Numbered from the stretch's first letter, positions 17,476 through 27,017 are shown. The stretch is 64,000 bases of DNA from Streptosporangiaceae bacterium (GCA_035642895.1 DASQRM010000190.1:9398-73397); one strand, 5' to 3'. The notes: a model not told the origin generated them from the sequence alone. Program-made: numbers and translations.

Positions 17476-18597
17476 TCAGTTGTCGTCGTGGGGGGAGGTC
17501 ATCAGGCCGCGGCGCCGCAGCACCGGGATCAGGCCCTCGCCGGCCTGGTAGACCTCTTCCAGGTGCGGGTAGCCGGACAGGATGAACTCATCGATGCCCA
17601 GCGCGTAGTACTCGGCGATCCGCTCGGCCACCTCGTCGTGGCTGCCGACCAGCGCGGTGCCCGCGCCGCCGCGGACCAGGCCCACGCCCGCCCACAGGTT
17701 CGGCGACACCTCCAGGGCGTCGGCGCGCCCGCCGTGCAGCGCCGCCATCCGGCGCTGGCCCTCGGACTGCGAGGCCCGCTGGATGGTCTGCGCCCGCTCG
17801 ATCGCGGCCGGGTCAAGACCATCGAGCAGCCGCTGGGCCTGGGCCCACGCCTCGGCCGCGGTGTCCCGCGTGATCACGTGCAGGCGGATCCCGAAGCGCA
17901 CCTCCCGGCCGGCCGTCTTGGCGCGCGTCCGCACCGCATCCAGTTTTTCCGCAACGGCCCGTGGTGGCTCACCCCAGGTCAGGTATACGTCGGCGTACCT
18001 GGCCGCCACGTCGAGGGCCGGGGCTGAGGACCCGCCCAGGTAGATCTCGGGCCAGATCCGGGCCGGGATGATCTGCCCGCCGCGCACGTCGTAGTGCTGG
18101 CCGGTGAACGTCACCGGCTGGCCGCCCCACAGCTCGCGGACGATGTGCAGGAACTCACCGGCCCGCTCGTAGCGGGCGTCCTTGCCGAGGTGATCGCCGA
18201 ACCGCTGCTGCTCCACGTCGTCGCCGCCGGTGACCACGTTGAGCAGCAGGCGGCCGCCGGAGATGCGCTGGTAGGTCGCGGCCATGTGCGCCGCGAGCGT
18301 GGGCGACATCAGGCCCGGCCGGAACGCGACCAGGAACTTGAACCGCTCGGTGACCTGGGTCAGCCCGGCGGTCATGATCCACGCGTCCTCGCACCATGAG
18401 CTGGTCGGGGTCAGCGCGCCGGTAAAGCCGACCTGCTCCGCGGAGCGGGCGATCTGGCCGATGTAGCCGATGTCCGGCGCCCGCTCGCTGCCGCCCTCAG
18501 CGGCCCGGCTGCCCGCGGCACCGACCGCGTTGCCCAGGCTCAGGTCGGTCCGCGAGTCACCGTTGGTGGGCAGGAACCAGTGCAGTACGACGCCCAT
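17476..18597 (-). CDS. LLM-class flavin-dependent monooxygenase, alkanesulfonate monooxygenase (SsuD)-like
   Basis: Part of ORF 17476-18852. Start placed at ATG 18597 (MGVVLHWFLPTNGD), preceded by GGAGGAG. The upstream 85 codons are Arg/Pro-rich and not protein-like. Confidence 0.85.
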   Translation of the reverse strand: MGVVLHWFLPTNGDSRTDLSLGNAVGAAGSRAAEGGSERAPDIGYIGQIARSAEQVGFTGALTPTSSWCEDAWIMTAGLTQVTERFKFLVAFRPGLMSPTLAAHMAATYQRISGGRLLLNVVTGGDDVEQQRFGDHLGKDARYERAGEFLHIVRELWGGQPVTFTGQHYDVRGGQIIPARIWPEIYLGGSSAPALDVAARYADVYLTWGEPPRAVAEKLDAVRTRAKTAGREVRFGIRLHVITRDTAAEAWAQAQRLLDGLDPAAIERAQTIQRASQSEGQRRMAALHGGRADALEVSPNLWAGVGLVRGGAGTALVGSHDEVAERIAEYYALGIDEFILSGYPHLEEVYQAGEGLIPVLRRRGLMTSPHDDN

Positions 18598-18673
18598 CTG
18601 CGACTCCTCCGGTACTGGTCGGCTGGCCCCCGGCTGGCAGTGGTCGGCCTGGGCCACGGCGGCCGCCGCTGTG

Positions 18674-18755
18674 TTTCCTGAGGTCCGGCGTATTCCTGAG
18701 GCCCTGCGTTTCCTCGGGCCCCGCATATTCCTTGTTTCTCGACCTATTTTATAGG
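18674..18755 (-). promoter_or_regulatory. four ~18-bp direct repeats (minus-strand CAGGAAWAC) plus a CCTATAAAATAGG palindrome upstream of the sulfur operon
   Basis: TCCT recurs at 18676, 18694, 18711 and 18729 (spacing 18/17/18). The TATAAAAT-containing palindrome is at 18743-18755. Confidence 0.4.
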
Positions 18756-18963
18756 AAGTTGGGCTGGCTGGCCAGGGGTCCACACCCACCCCGCCGGGCT
18801 CCAGGCGGGCGGGCCTGGCACCCGGTGGCGCCAGCGGAACTAGCTTCAGCATGCGGGGCGCCCCGGCCGGCCGTCCAATACCGATCGGCGGGGGCGTGGC
18901 AAGGTTTTCCTATTAAAGCGATCGCTATCCTGGTGTTAACGGGCGCCGGGTGAGAGGGGTCGT

Positions 18964-19947
18964 GTGCGGATCGAGCAGCTTGAATACGTGGCCACGGTGG
19001 CCCGCCTGGGCTCGTTTCGGCGCGCCGCAGACGAGCTGCACATTTCTCAGCCCGCGCTGAGTGGCTCGGTCCGGAGCCTGGAACGCGAACTCGGCGTCGA
19101 CCTGCTCGACCGGGGCCGGCACGGGGCGCGGATGAGCGACTCCGGCCGCGAGCTGTTCCCCTACATCCTGACCCTGCTCGACTCGTTCGACCGGCTCCGG
19201 TACGCGGCCGGCGAGCAACACCGCAGCGTCCGGCTGGTGCGGCTGGGCACAGTCAGCGCGGCCACGGCGCCGCTGCTCGCCCCGACCATCCAGCAGTTCC
19301 GGCAGAGTCACCCGCTGACCCAGGTCGAGGTGATCGGGGCGCAGCAGGTCGAGATCCACCGCGGCGTCCTGGAGGGCAGCTTCGACCTGGGCCTGGTGAA
19401 CTTCCTCGACGGCGACGACATGCCTCCCGAGCTGGAGACCACCCGGCTGCTGCGCGGGCGCCCGGTCGTCGTGCTGCGGGCGGACAGCGCGCTGGCCCAG
19501 CACGCCACCGTGCGCACCGCCGACCTGCTCGCCGAGCCGGTGATCGTGATGCGATCTGGTTATGTCATGCACCGCTATCTGCACCGCCTGCTCCAGGGGC
19601 AGCCCCCGGCCTTCTCCTACTCCACCGACGGCGCCGAGATGGGCAAGCTGATGGTGGCCGAGGGCCTGGGCCTCACCGTGCTCCCGGACTTCAGCGTGAT
19701 CGGTGATCCACTCGAGCAGCACGGGGTGATCACCTGGCGGCCGCTGGCCGACGACCACACCGGGGTGGACCTGGTCATCCAGCGAGCCCGGTCCGGCTCA
19801 CCCCCGCTCGCCGCGCGGGATCTGCACAACATCTTCGTCGAGCGGGCCCGGGACTACACCGCCATCCACCCGGGAACGGCTAGCCGCCCGGACGGGGACG
19901 ATCCAGGGAACCGGCCCCGCCGGGGAAAGACCCGCGTTCGGTCATGA
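18964..19947 (+). CDS. LysR family transcriptional regulator
   Basis: ORF 18964-19947. HTH FRRAADELHISQPALSGSVRSLERELGV. Divergent from the sulfur operon. Confidence 0.9.
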   Translation: MRIEQLEYVATVARLGSFRRAADELHISQPALSGSVRSLERELGVDLLDRGRHGARMSDSGRELFPYILTLLDSFDRLRYAAGEQHRSVRLVRLGTVSAATAPLLAPTIQQFRQSHPLTQVEVIGAQQVEIHRGVLEGSFDLGLVNFLDGDDMPPELETTRLLRGRPVVVLRADSALAQHATVRTADLLAEPVIVMRSGYVMHRYLHRLLQGQPPAFSYSTDGAEMGKLMVAEGLGLTVLPDFSVIGDPLEQHGVITWRPLADDHTGVDLVIQRARSGSPPLAARDLHNIFVERARDYTAIHPGTASRPDGDDPGNRPRRGKTRVRS

Positions 19948-20761
19948 TCTGCGGCCGGGTGCCGATCGTGGCCGGTCCCGGGCCGCTGACGCACAGCGAC
20001 GCGGCGGCCGTGGCCAGCCGCACTGCCTCCGGCACCGGCCGGCCCCGGAACATCTCGGTGGTCAGCGTGGCGGCGAAGCAATCGCCGGCGCCGGTCGGGT
20101 CGACCAGGGCGCGCACCGGGTCCGCGGTGTACTCCGCGGACCCGTCCCGGGTCAGGACCTCGCACCCCCGCCGTCCCCGGGTCACCACGCCCAGGCCGCC
20201 GTGGCGCGGCACCGCGGCCAGGAGTTCGCGCACGTAAGGGGCTTCGGTCTCGGACACCACCACCACGTCCAGCATCGACGAGACCTCGGCGGGGAAGTCC
20301 CGCGCGAACTGCTCGATCCGCGCGCCGAGGCCGGCCCACCTCCTGACCAGCCCCTGGGGGGTGAGCAGGACGAAACGTGACCGGGCCTCCGCGACGAGTT
20401 TCTCCAGTGTTACTTCCTGGGCCACGGGCGCGATATGCAGAATATCGCTGTCCGGCAATTCGCCCAGATCCTGGATACCCCCGGCCCAGCCTTCAAGCCA
20501 TTGTTCACGCGCATCTTCCATCGACACGTTTCGGAACATCGTGGTCGACTCAGCGGGCTGCAGGGTCAGTCCAACTTCCCCGGCGTAAGGTTGCCAGTAC
20601 GGCTCCAGTTGGACCGGATTCGCTCTTCCCACGATCCCGGCGCTAAGGCCTAGCCGCGCCGCCTGCAATGCGGAGTAGACTACCGAACCGCCCAGCACGA
20701 AAGACCCCCCCGCCTGGACGTCCAGGGTCGGGTTACCCAAAGCAAGGTAGTCTAGGCGCAC
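19880..20761 (-). CDS. PfkB family carbohydrate kinase
   Basis: C-terminal 294 codons of ORF 19880-21373. GTG 20761 gives VRLDYLALGNPTLD. PfkB signature DPTGAGDCFAA. The upstream part of the listed ORF is antisense to the next gene. Confidence 0.8.
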   Translation of the reverse strand: MRLDYLALGNPTLDVQAGGSFVLGGSVVYSALQAARLGLSAGIVGRANPVQLEPYWQPYAGEVGLTLQPAESTTMFRNVSMEDAREQWLEGWAGGIQDLGELPDSDILHIAPVAQEVTLEKLVAEARSRFVLLTPQGLVRRWAGLGARIEQFARDFPAEVSSMLDVVVVSETEAPYVRELLAAVPRHGGLGVVTRGRRGCEVLTRDGSAEYTADPVRALVDPTGAGDCFAATLTTEMFRGRPVPEAVRLATAAASLCVSGPGPATIGTRPQIMTERGSFPGGAGSLDRPRPGG

Positions 20762-20795
20762 TGTGATCCGCTCGTAGATTGGCCGATGGGACTCG

Positions 20796-21881
20796 ATGCA
20801 TAGTACATCAGTAGATAGCGGGCAACGTAAAGGCAGCCTCGTCACACTGCCCGCGGAATTGCTGCCAGCGGCCAGCAGAAGAGCCAGCGGCACGGCGGCC
20901 AGCGGCCGCCTGATCGGGGTAGACGGTGGGGCCACGAAAACCATAGCCGCCGTATTTGACCTGGATGCTGGCACAGTAACGGCGGCGGAAACCGGACCAA
21001 GTAATCCCGAGGCGGTGGGGTACGAGACGGCGGCAGCTTCCATTAATGAGGCGATTAGCGCAGCCCTCGGGCAGGCCAAACCGATAGCCGCAGCGGTACT
21101 GGGTGTCGCGGGAATAGACACCGAATCCGAACGCAAACGCCTGCTGTCCGGGGTGACCGCACTAAGCGCACCAGTCGTATTGGCCGTTAATGACGTCGTG
21201 GCTGCCTGGGCGGCCGGCTCGCTCGCCGCGCCCGGCATCGCGGCCATCTCCGGTACCGGAAGCAATACGTTCGGAGTTAACGCCCGCGGCGTGGCCTGGC
21301 GCAGCGGCGGGTGGGGCCATATCGTCGGCGACGAGGGATCCGGGTACATGGTCGCCGTGGCGGCGATTCGCACCGTCCTGGCCTACCGGGACGGAAGAAG
21401 GGATTGGACGCCGCTCGTCCCGCGCCTGCTCGAATTCTACGGCCTGCGGCACATCGAGGATATCAAGCCGGTCATTTACCGGGATTTCGACAAAGCGCGA
21501 ATCTCAGCCTTCGCCGCGCAGGTGGGTGAGTCCGCGGACGAGGGCGACGACGTGGCGGCCGGCATCTACCGGGAGGCCGCGGTGGCCCTGGCCGAGCAGA
21601 TCAGCGCCGTCTACGCCGCCCTGGACTTCGGCGGGCCAGCCGAGGTGACGCTGATCGGCAGCAACTTCCGGGCCGGGGAGATCTTCCTGGGCCCACTGCG
21701 GGAGCACGTCCGGCACGTGACCGGCGGCCGGGACTTCGCGGCGCCCAAGCTGCCCGCCGTGGGCGGCTCGCTCTGGCTGGCGGCCCGGGCGGCGGGGGCC
21801 GAGGGCCGCCTGAACGCCCAGGACCTCGCGGCAGCCCTGCATGACGCGGACGCTCAGGGCTTCCTGGCCACGCCGCCGTAG
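20796..21881 (+). CDS. BadF/BadG/BcrA/BcrD-type ATPase (N-acetylglucosamine-kinase-like)
   Basis: ORF 20796-21881. LIGVDGGATKT, ISGTGSN, GDEGSGY motifs. The start is uncertain (ATG 20796 or TTG 20859). Confidence 0.82.
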   Translation: MHSTSVDSGQRKGSLVTLPAELLPAASRRASGTAASGRLIGVDGGATKTIAAVFDLDAGTVTAAETGPSNPEAVGYETAAASINEAISAALGQAKPIAAAVLGVAGIDTESERKRLLSGVTALSAPVVLAVNDVVAAWAAGSLAAPGIAAISGTGSNTFGVNARGVAWRSGGWGHIVGDEGSGYMVAVAAIRTVLAYRDGRRDWTPLVPRLLEFYGLRHIEDIKPVIYRDFDKARISAFAAQVGESADEGDDVAAGIYREAAVALAEQISAVYAALDFGGPAEVTLIGSNFRAGEIFLGPLREHVRHVTGGRDFAAPKLPAVGGSLWLAARAAGAEGRLNAQDLAAALHDADAQGFLATPP

Positions 21882-21914
21882 GTAATAACCCCGGCCGCCC
21901 CGGGCCCGCAGCGG

Positions 21915-22964
21915 TCAGTCGAAGAACTCACCCTGGTCGACCCCGGCGGCCACGTCCGCGGGCAGCAGGCTAAGCCAGCGGCGGGCGATCTGCTCGCGGC
22001 GTTCCGGCGGCACCACGCCGACCAGCCGCAGCCGTGAGATGCCACCGTCGGGATAGATGTCCAGCCGCACCAGCCCAGTGGGGTCACCAGCCCGGATCCG
22101 GAACCAGTGCTCGGTGTCCGGGACCAGCCGGGTCCGCGGCAGCAGTTCCGCACCGCTCTCCTCGTCGCCCAGCCGGGCGAGGCCCGGCGCATTGCCGACG
22201 AAACGGGTGGTGTCGATCACGGCGTGGTGCAGTACGCCCGGTACCGCCAGCCGCACCACCAGCCAGTCGTTCCCGTCGTCGCGGCGGCGCGCGGTCTCCC
22301 AGCCGTCCGACATGACCTGGGCCCGCCCCGGGGCCAGTGCGTTGGCGGGCCGCGAGAAGAACATGTTGCTGCACGCCTCCACCCGCCCGCCAGCGCAGGT
22401 CGCGGCCAGGTCCACCCGGCCGCCGAGCCGGCGCGGGTCGGGCACTACCTCGCCGAACACCCGCAGCCGGGCCACGCCGCCGTCGGGATGGATGGTCAGC
22501 CGGACGTGCGTGACCAGCCGGTCCGGGGCGGTGACCGGCACCAGGTTGGCCTGGTCACCCCCGAGATCGGTCTGGCCCGCCAGCGGGGTCCAGGCGGCGC
22601 CCAGCACCTCGGCCGCTGAGGGATAGCCGAGCAGGGTGGCCCCGGCGACCGAGCCGGACGGCGGGTAGTTCCCCCGGAAATGCGCGGTGTCGATGTTGAC
22701 GCCGCGCACGATCGCCGGCGCGGCCAGCCGGATGATGACGAAGTCCGCGCCTGGTTCCCGGCGCCGCCGGGTCTCCCAGCCGTCGTACTCCTTGCCGCGG
22801 ATCCCGAAGGCGGCCGGATCGTGGACCGCGGGCCCGGGTTCGATGAGGTTGTGTGCGTCCGCGAAGAACTCGTCGTTGGCGTAGAGCACCGTCCCGCCCA
22901 GGGCCCGGCTGGCCAGGTCGGGCAGCCCCGTGAAGTCCCCGGGCTTCCCGCTCACGATCTGCAT
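21915..22964 (-). CDS. alc: allantoicase
   Basis: Part of ORF 21915-23294, starting at ATG 22964 ([19 protein letters not shown]). Two allantoicase repeats with DGWETRRRR and DGWETARRR. Confidence 0.9.
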   Translation of the reverse strand: MQIVSGKPGDFTGLPDLASRALGGTVLYANDEFFADAHNLIEPGPAVHDPAAFGIRGKEYDGWETRRRREPGADFVIIRLAAPAIVRGVNIDTAHFRGNYPPSGSVAGATLLGYPSAAEVLGAAWTPLAGQTDLGGDQANLVPVTAPDRLVTHVRLTIHPDGGVARLRVFGEVVPDPRRLGGRVDLAATCAGGRVEACSNMFFSRPANALAPGRAQVMSDGWETARRRDDGNDWLVVRLAVPGVLHHAVIDTTRFVGNAPGLARLGDEESGAELLPRTRLVPDTEHWFRIRAGDPTGLVRLDIYPDGGISRLRLVGVVPPERREQIARRWLSLLPADVAAGVDQGEFFD

Positions 22965-24316
22965 CCCGCGGGCCTGGCGAGCTGCCCGGCGCGCGGGCTG
23001 CCGGCCTGCGGATCGCCGGCCCCCGGGCCGGGTCCGGCCGGCCGCCCGGCCAGCCAGGTCTGCCGGACCACGCCGGTCAGGGTCCGTCCCGCGTACGGGG
23101 TGACCGGGTTGCGGTGCCGCAACGTGGCCGGGTCCACCACGAACCTCTGGTCGGGGGCGAAGCAGCACAGGTCGGCCCGCAGGCCAGGCCGGATCGCGCC
23201 CCGGTCGGCCAGGCCGGTGAGCGTGGCCGGGGCGGTGGCCATCCAGCCCGCCACGCGGTCCAGGCCGATGCCGCGCCGGGCCGCCTCGGTCCACACCGCG
23301 GGCAGGCTGAGCTGGATCGAGGCGATGCCGCCCCAGGCGTCCCCGAAATCACCGGTGTCCATCCGCTTGGCCGCCACCGTGCTCGGTGAATGGTCGGATA
23401 CGACGCAGTCGATCGTGCCATCCAGCAGCCCGGCCCACAGCGCGCGGCGGTTGGCGTCGTCCCGGATCGGCGGGCAGCACTTGAACTCGGTGGCGCCGTC
23501 CGGGACGTCCTCGGCCCGCAAGGTCAGGTAGTGCGGGCACGTCTCAGCGCTGACCGGCAGGCCGGCCGCCTTGGCCGCGCGGACCGCAGGCAGCGCCGCC
23601 GCGCTGGCGAGGTGCACGATATGGGTCCGGCACCCGGTCTGCCGGGTCTGCGCCAGCAGCGCCGTGATGGCCCGCTGCTCCGCCTCGGGCGGGCGGGAGG
23701 CCAGGAAGTCCGCATACCGGCGGCCGCAGGCGGCCGGCGCCGCCGCGATCACCTCCGGGTCCTCGGCGTGCGCGATGAGCAGGCCGCCGAAGCTGGCGAT
23801 CTCGGCCATGGCCGAGGCGAGCTGAGCGGCGTCGAGCGGGGCGAACTCGTCCACGCCGGAGGGGAGCAGGAAGCACTTGAACCCCACGACCCCCGCCTCG
23901 TGCAGCGGGCGCAGGCTGGCGAGGTTGCCAGGCACGGCACCGCCCCAGAACGCGACGTCGGTCGCCAGCTGGCCGGCCGCGGCGGCCTGCTTGGCGCGCA
24001 GCGCGGGCACGGTCACGGTCGGCGGGATGCTGTTCAGCGGCATATCCACGATCGTGGTCACCCCCCCGGCGGCCGCCGCCGCGGTCGCCGTGGCGAACCC
24101 CTCCCACTCGGTCCGGCCGGGCTCGTTCACGTGCACGTGGCTGTCCACCAGCCCGGGCAGCAGCACCTCGTCCGCGGCCAGGGTGAGGACGCCGTCCGGC
24201 GCGCCGGTGTAGCCGGACAGGCCGGCGATGACCCCGTCGCGCAGCAGCACGGTCGCGGCCCGCTCGCCCTCCGGCGTGATGACCCGGCGTCCCCGGATCG
24301 CCGTCACCTCACCCAC
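22952..24316 (-). CDS. allB: allantoinase
   Basis: ORF 22952-24316. [22 protein letters not shown], a cyclic-amidohydrolase pattern. Overlaps the alc start by 13 nt. Confidence 0.9.
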   Translation of the reverse strand: MGEVTAIRGRRVITPEGERAATVLLRDGVIAGLSGYTGAPDGVLTLAADEVLLPGLVDSHVHVNEPGRTEWEGFATATAAAAAGGVTTIVDMPLNSIPPTVTVPALRAKQAAAAGQLATDVAFWGGAVPGNLASLRPLHEAGVVGFKCFLLPSGVDEFAPLDAAQLASAMAEIASFGGLLIAHAEDPEVIAAAPAACGRRYADFLASRPPEAEQRAITALLAQTRQTGCRTHIVHLASAAALPAVRAAKAAGLPVSAETCPHYLTLRAEDVPDGATEFKCCPPIRDDANRRALWAGLLDGTIDCVVSDHSPSTVAAKRMDTGDFGDAWGGIASIQLSLPAVWTEAARRGIGLDRVAGWMATAPATLTGLADRGAIRPGLRADLCCFAPDQRFVVDPATLRHRNPVTPYAGRTLTGVVRQTWLAGRPAGPGPGAGDPQAGSPRAGQLARPAGCRS

Positions 24317-24450
24317 CGCGCGCCCCCGGCATTATCGGGGTGCATTTTGCCCCGTATAGAGCGCAAAAGGCACCACGTTGAGGGATGGCGAGCACGTACC
24401 CGAGTCTGGCACACGGCGATGTGGGCGCTGGGGACGCTAGGGTCGGCGGG

Positions 24451-25029
24451 GTGACTGACTCCGGCCAGGTGGCCGTCGCCGAACTGAATGGGGCGACCGC
24501 CGCTACCGCCACCGGCCTGCTCCGCCCGGCCTGCGCCAGCACGCGGTGGATCGAGCGGATGATCAGCGGACGACCCTACCGCTCCATGGAAGCCCTGATG
24601 GCTGCGTCCGACGCCACCATCGCGGCGCTGAGCTGGCCGGACATCGAGCACGCCCTGGCCGCCCATCCGCGGATAGGCGCCCGCCTGCCGGACCAGGCCG
24701 CCCCGCGGGACCAGGGCGGCCCGCAAGACCAGGGCGGCCCGCGGGACCAGGGCACCCCGCGGGACCGGGAGGCGGCCTGGTCGCGGCAGGAGCAGTCCGG
24801 GACCCGGGACGCCGGGCCGGACGTCCAGGCCGGGCTGCGGGCCGGAAACGCCGCCTACGAGGAACGGTTCGGGTACGTGTTCCTGATCTGCGCGACCGGG
24901 ATGCCCGCGGCCAGCATGCTGGCCGCACTGCGGGCCCGGCTCGGCCACGATCCCGCCACCGAGCGCGAGGTGGTCCGGCACGAGCTCACCAAGATCGTCC
25001 GGCTCCGGCTGGCCCGGACCTTCGAGTGA
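24451..25029 (+). CDS. uraD: 2-oxo-4-hydroxy-4-carboxy-5-ureidoimidazoline (OHCU) decarboxylase
   Basis: Part of ORF 24385-25029, with GTG 24451 preferred. AHPRIG and YEERFGYVFLICATG motifs. Confidence 0.85.
   Translation: MTDSGQVAVAELNGATAATATGLLRPACASTRWIERMISGRPYRSMEALMAASDATIAALSWPDIEHALAAHPRIGARLPDQAAPRDQGGPQDQGGPRDQGTPRDREAAWSRQEQSGTRDAGPDVQAGLRAGNAAYEERFGYVFLICATGMPAASMLAALRARLGHDPATEREVVRHELTKIVRLRLARTFE
24691..24762 (+). repeat. in-frame 18-bp tandem repeat x4 inside uraD (DQAAPR/DQGGPQ/DQGGPR/DQGTPR)
   Basis: GACCAGGSCGSCCCGCRR units start at 24691, 24709, 24727 and 24745. A degenerate fifth copy extends to 24780. Confidence 0.9.
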
Positions 25030-25094
25030 CCGACTTCCGAGTGACTGACTTTCGACTGGCCGACTTTCGACTGGCCGACTTTCGACGGACCGAG
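25021..25094. repeat. ~15-bp tandem repeat x5 starting on the uraD stop codon
   Basis: TTCGAGTGACCGAC / TTCCGAGTGACTGAC / TTTCGACTGGCCGAC x2 / TTTCGACGGACCGAG. The uraD TGA is at 25027-25029. Confidence 0.9.
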
Positions 25095-25112
25095 AGGGCA
25101 TAACCACCAGGG

Positions 25113-25448
25113 ATGAGCATCTCCACGCACGTGCTGGACGCGACCACGGGACGGCCCGCGGCCGGGCTCGAGCTCGTCCTCAGCCGGCAGGACGGCAGCC
25201 GGTGGCATGAGCTGGCCCGGCGCCGGACCGACGGGGACGGGCGGGTCGCCGATCTGGCCCCCGGCGCCACGGCGGGTGTGCACCGGATCGTGTTCGCGAC
25301 CGAGGCCTACCTCAAGGCCCAGTCCCCCACCGCGGAGACGTTTTACCCGGAGATCGTGGTGATCTTCCAGATCACCGACCCGGCCGGGCACCATCACGTG
25401 CCCCTGCTGCTCAGCCCGTACGCCTATTCGACCTACCGTGGCTCCTGA
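25113..25448 (+). CDS. uraH: 5-hydroxyisourate hydrolase (transthyretin-like)
   Basis: ORF 25113-25448. STHVLD N-terminus and C-terminal YSTYRGS. Confidence 0.92.
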   Translation: MSISTHVLDATTGRPAAGLELVLSRQDGSRWHELARRRTDGDGRVADLAPGATAGVHRIVFATEAYLKAQSPTAETFYPEIVVIFQITDPAGHHHVPLLLSPYAYSTYRGS

Positions 25449-25574
25449 AGGCGTCTAGAGCACCGTGGCGCCGGACGGCGGCTCGACCTACCGTGAGGCC
25501 TGACGGCGCGAGGGACACACCGGTGAACCATCGGCCGGAGACCATGCTGGCACCGCGACCGGAAGAGGGGCTCC

Positions 25575-26948
25575 GTGAGCGAACCCATTGCTGTGACCGA
25601 ACCCATTGCCATTGCGGGCTGCTACGTCGCCACCGTGGACCCCGCGGGCCGCGAATACCCCTCCGGCCACGTGGTCATCGACCAGGGCCGGGTCGCCGCG
25701 GCCGGTCCCGGACCGGTCCCGCCGGAGTTCGCCACGGCCACCCGGATCGACGGCTCCGGGCGGCTGGTCACCCCCGGCCTGGTCAACACCCATTCTCACC
25801 TGAATCAGTGGATCACTCGCGGGTATGCCGCCGACGAGACCCTGTTCGGCTGGCTGCAGACCCTGTATCCGATCTGGGCCCGGCTGACCCCGGAGCTGCT
25901 GAGCGCGGCCGCCGCGGCCAACCTGGCCTGGCTGGCCCTGACCGGCGCTACCTCGAGCACCGATCACCTGTACGTCTTCCCGGCGGGCGCGGGCGACCTG
26001 CTGGAAGCGGAGATCCTGGCCGCCCGCCGGATCGGGATCCGCTTCCACCCGACCCGCGGCTCGATGAACCTGGGGCAGTCGGCCGGCGGCCTGCCCCCCG
26101 ACTCGGTGGTCGAGGACCACGACACGATCCTGGCTGCCTCGCAGGCCGCGATCGACCGCTGGCATGACCCGTCCCCCGGCTCGATGACCCGCATCGCGGT
26201 CGCCCCCTGCTCGCCATTCACGGTGACCGGGGAGCTGATGCGGGACTGCGCCGCGCTGGCCCGCGCGGCCGGCGTCCGGCTGCACACTCATGTGGCCGAG
26301 ACCGAGGACGAGGAGCAGTTCTGCCTGGATACGTACGGCCGCACGCCCGCCCAGTACGCCGAGGACCTGGACTGGCTGGGCCCGGACGTGTGGCTGGCCC
26401 ACTGCGTGCACCTGTCGGACGAGGCGGTGGCCCGGTTCGCGGCGACCAGCACCGGCGTGGCCCACTGCCCCACCTCCAACGGCCGCCTCGGAGCGGGCAT
26501 CGCCCCGGTCCGCAGGCTGCTCGACGCGGGCGTGGTGGTCGGCCTGGGCGTGGACGGGAACGCGTCGAATGAGTCCGGCCGCATGGTCGGCGAGCTGCAC
26601 CAGGCCATGCTGGCCGCCCGCTACGCCGGCGGCCCGCAGGCGCTGAGCGCCCGGGACTGCCTGCGGATGGCGACCATGGGCGGCGCCCGCTGCCTGGGCC
26701 GCGAGACCGAAATGGGCTCGCTGGAGCCCGGGAAGCTGGCTGACCTCGCCGTATGGCGGGTCGACCAGCTCCCCGGGGCCGGCATCGCGGACCCGGTGAC
26801 CACGCTGGTGTTCGGTGCTCCCGCGCTGGAGCACCTGTTCGTCGGCGGCCAGCAGGTGGTCGCGGGCGGCGAACTGCTTACCGCTGACCCGGCCGAACTC
26901 GCCGCGGCCGCGGCCAGAGCGAGCGCCGCGATCGCCGGGTCCTCGTGA
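25575..26948 (+). CDS. amidohydrolase, 8-oxoguanine/guanine deaminase-like
   Basis: ORF 25575-26948. PGLVNTHSHL, HTHVAETEDE, VGLGVDGNASN metal-site motifs. Confidence 0.85.
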   Translation: MSEPIAVTEPIAIAGCYVATVDPAGREYPSGHVVIDQGRVAAAGPGPVPPEFATATRIDGSGRLVTPGLVNTHSHLNQWITRGYAADETLFGWLQTLYPIWARLTPELLSAAAAANLAWLALTGATSSTDHLYVFPAGAGDLLEAEILAARRIGIRFHPTRGSMNLGQSAGGLPPDSVVEDHDTILAASQAAIDRWHDPSPGSMTRIAVAPCSPFTVTGELMRDCAALARAAGVRLHTHVAETEDEEQFCLDTYGRTPAQYAEDLDWLGPDVWLAHCVHLSDEAVARFAATSTGVAHCPTSNGRLGAGIAPVRRLLDAGVVVGLGVDGNASNESGRMVGELHQAMLAARYAGGPQALSARDCLRMATMGGARCLGRETEMGSLEPGKLADLAVWRVDQLPGAGIADPVTTLVFGAPALEHLFVGGQQVVAGGELLTADPAELAAAAARASAAIAGSS

Positions 26949-27017
26949 TGACGGAAGGCTGAGGGCCGCCGTGTGGACCTCGACACGATCGGACTAACCA
27001 CAGAAGGGCTTGCGCGC

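Noticed and set aside
22965-23294. N-terminal extension of allantoicase (459-aa ORF). Similar extended ORFs occur at 50892-51479, 60085-60453, 62034-62540, 33057-33542 and 32416-32760
   Set aside because: The extensions are low-complexity and overlap the preceding well-supported gene. Internal starts with ATGA/GTGA coupling or a good SD explain the real genes.
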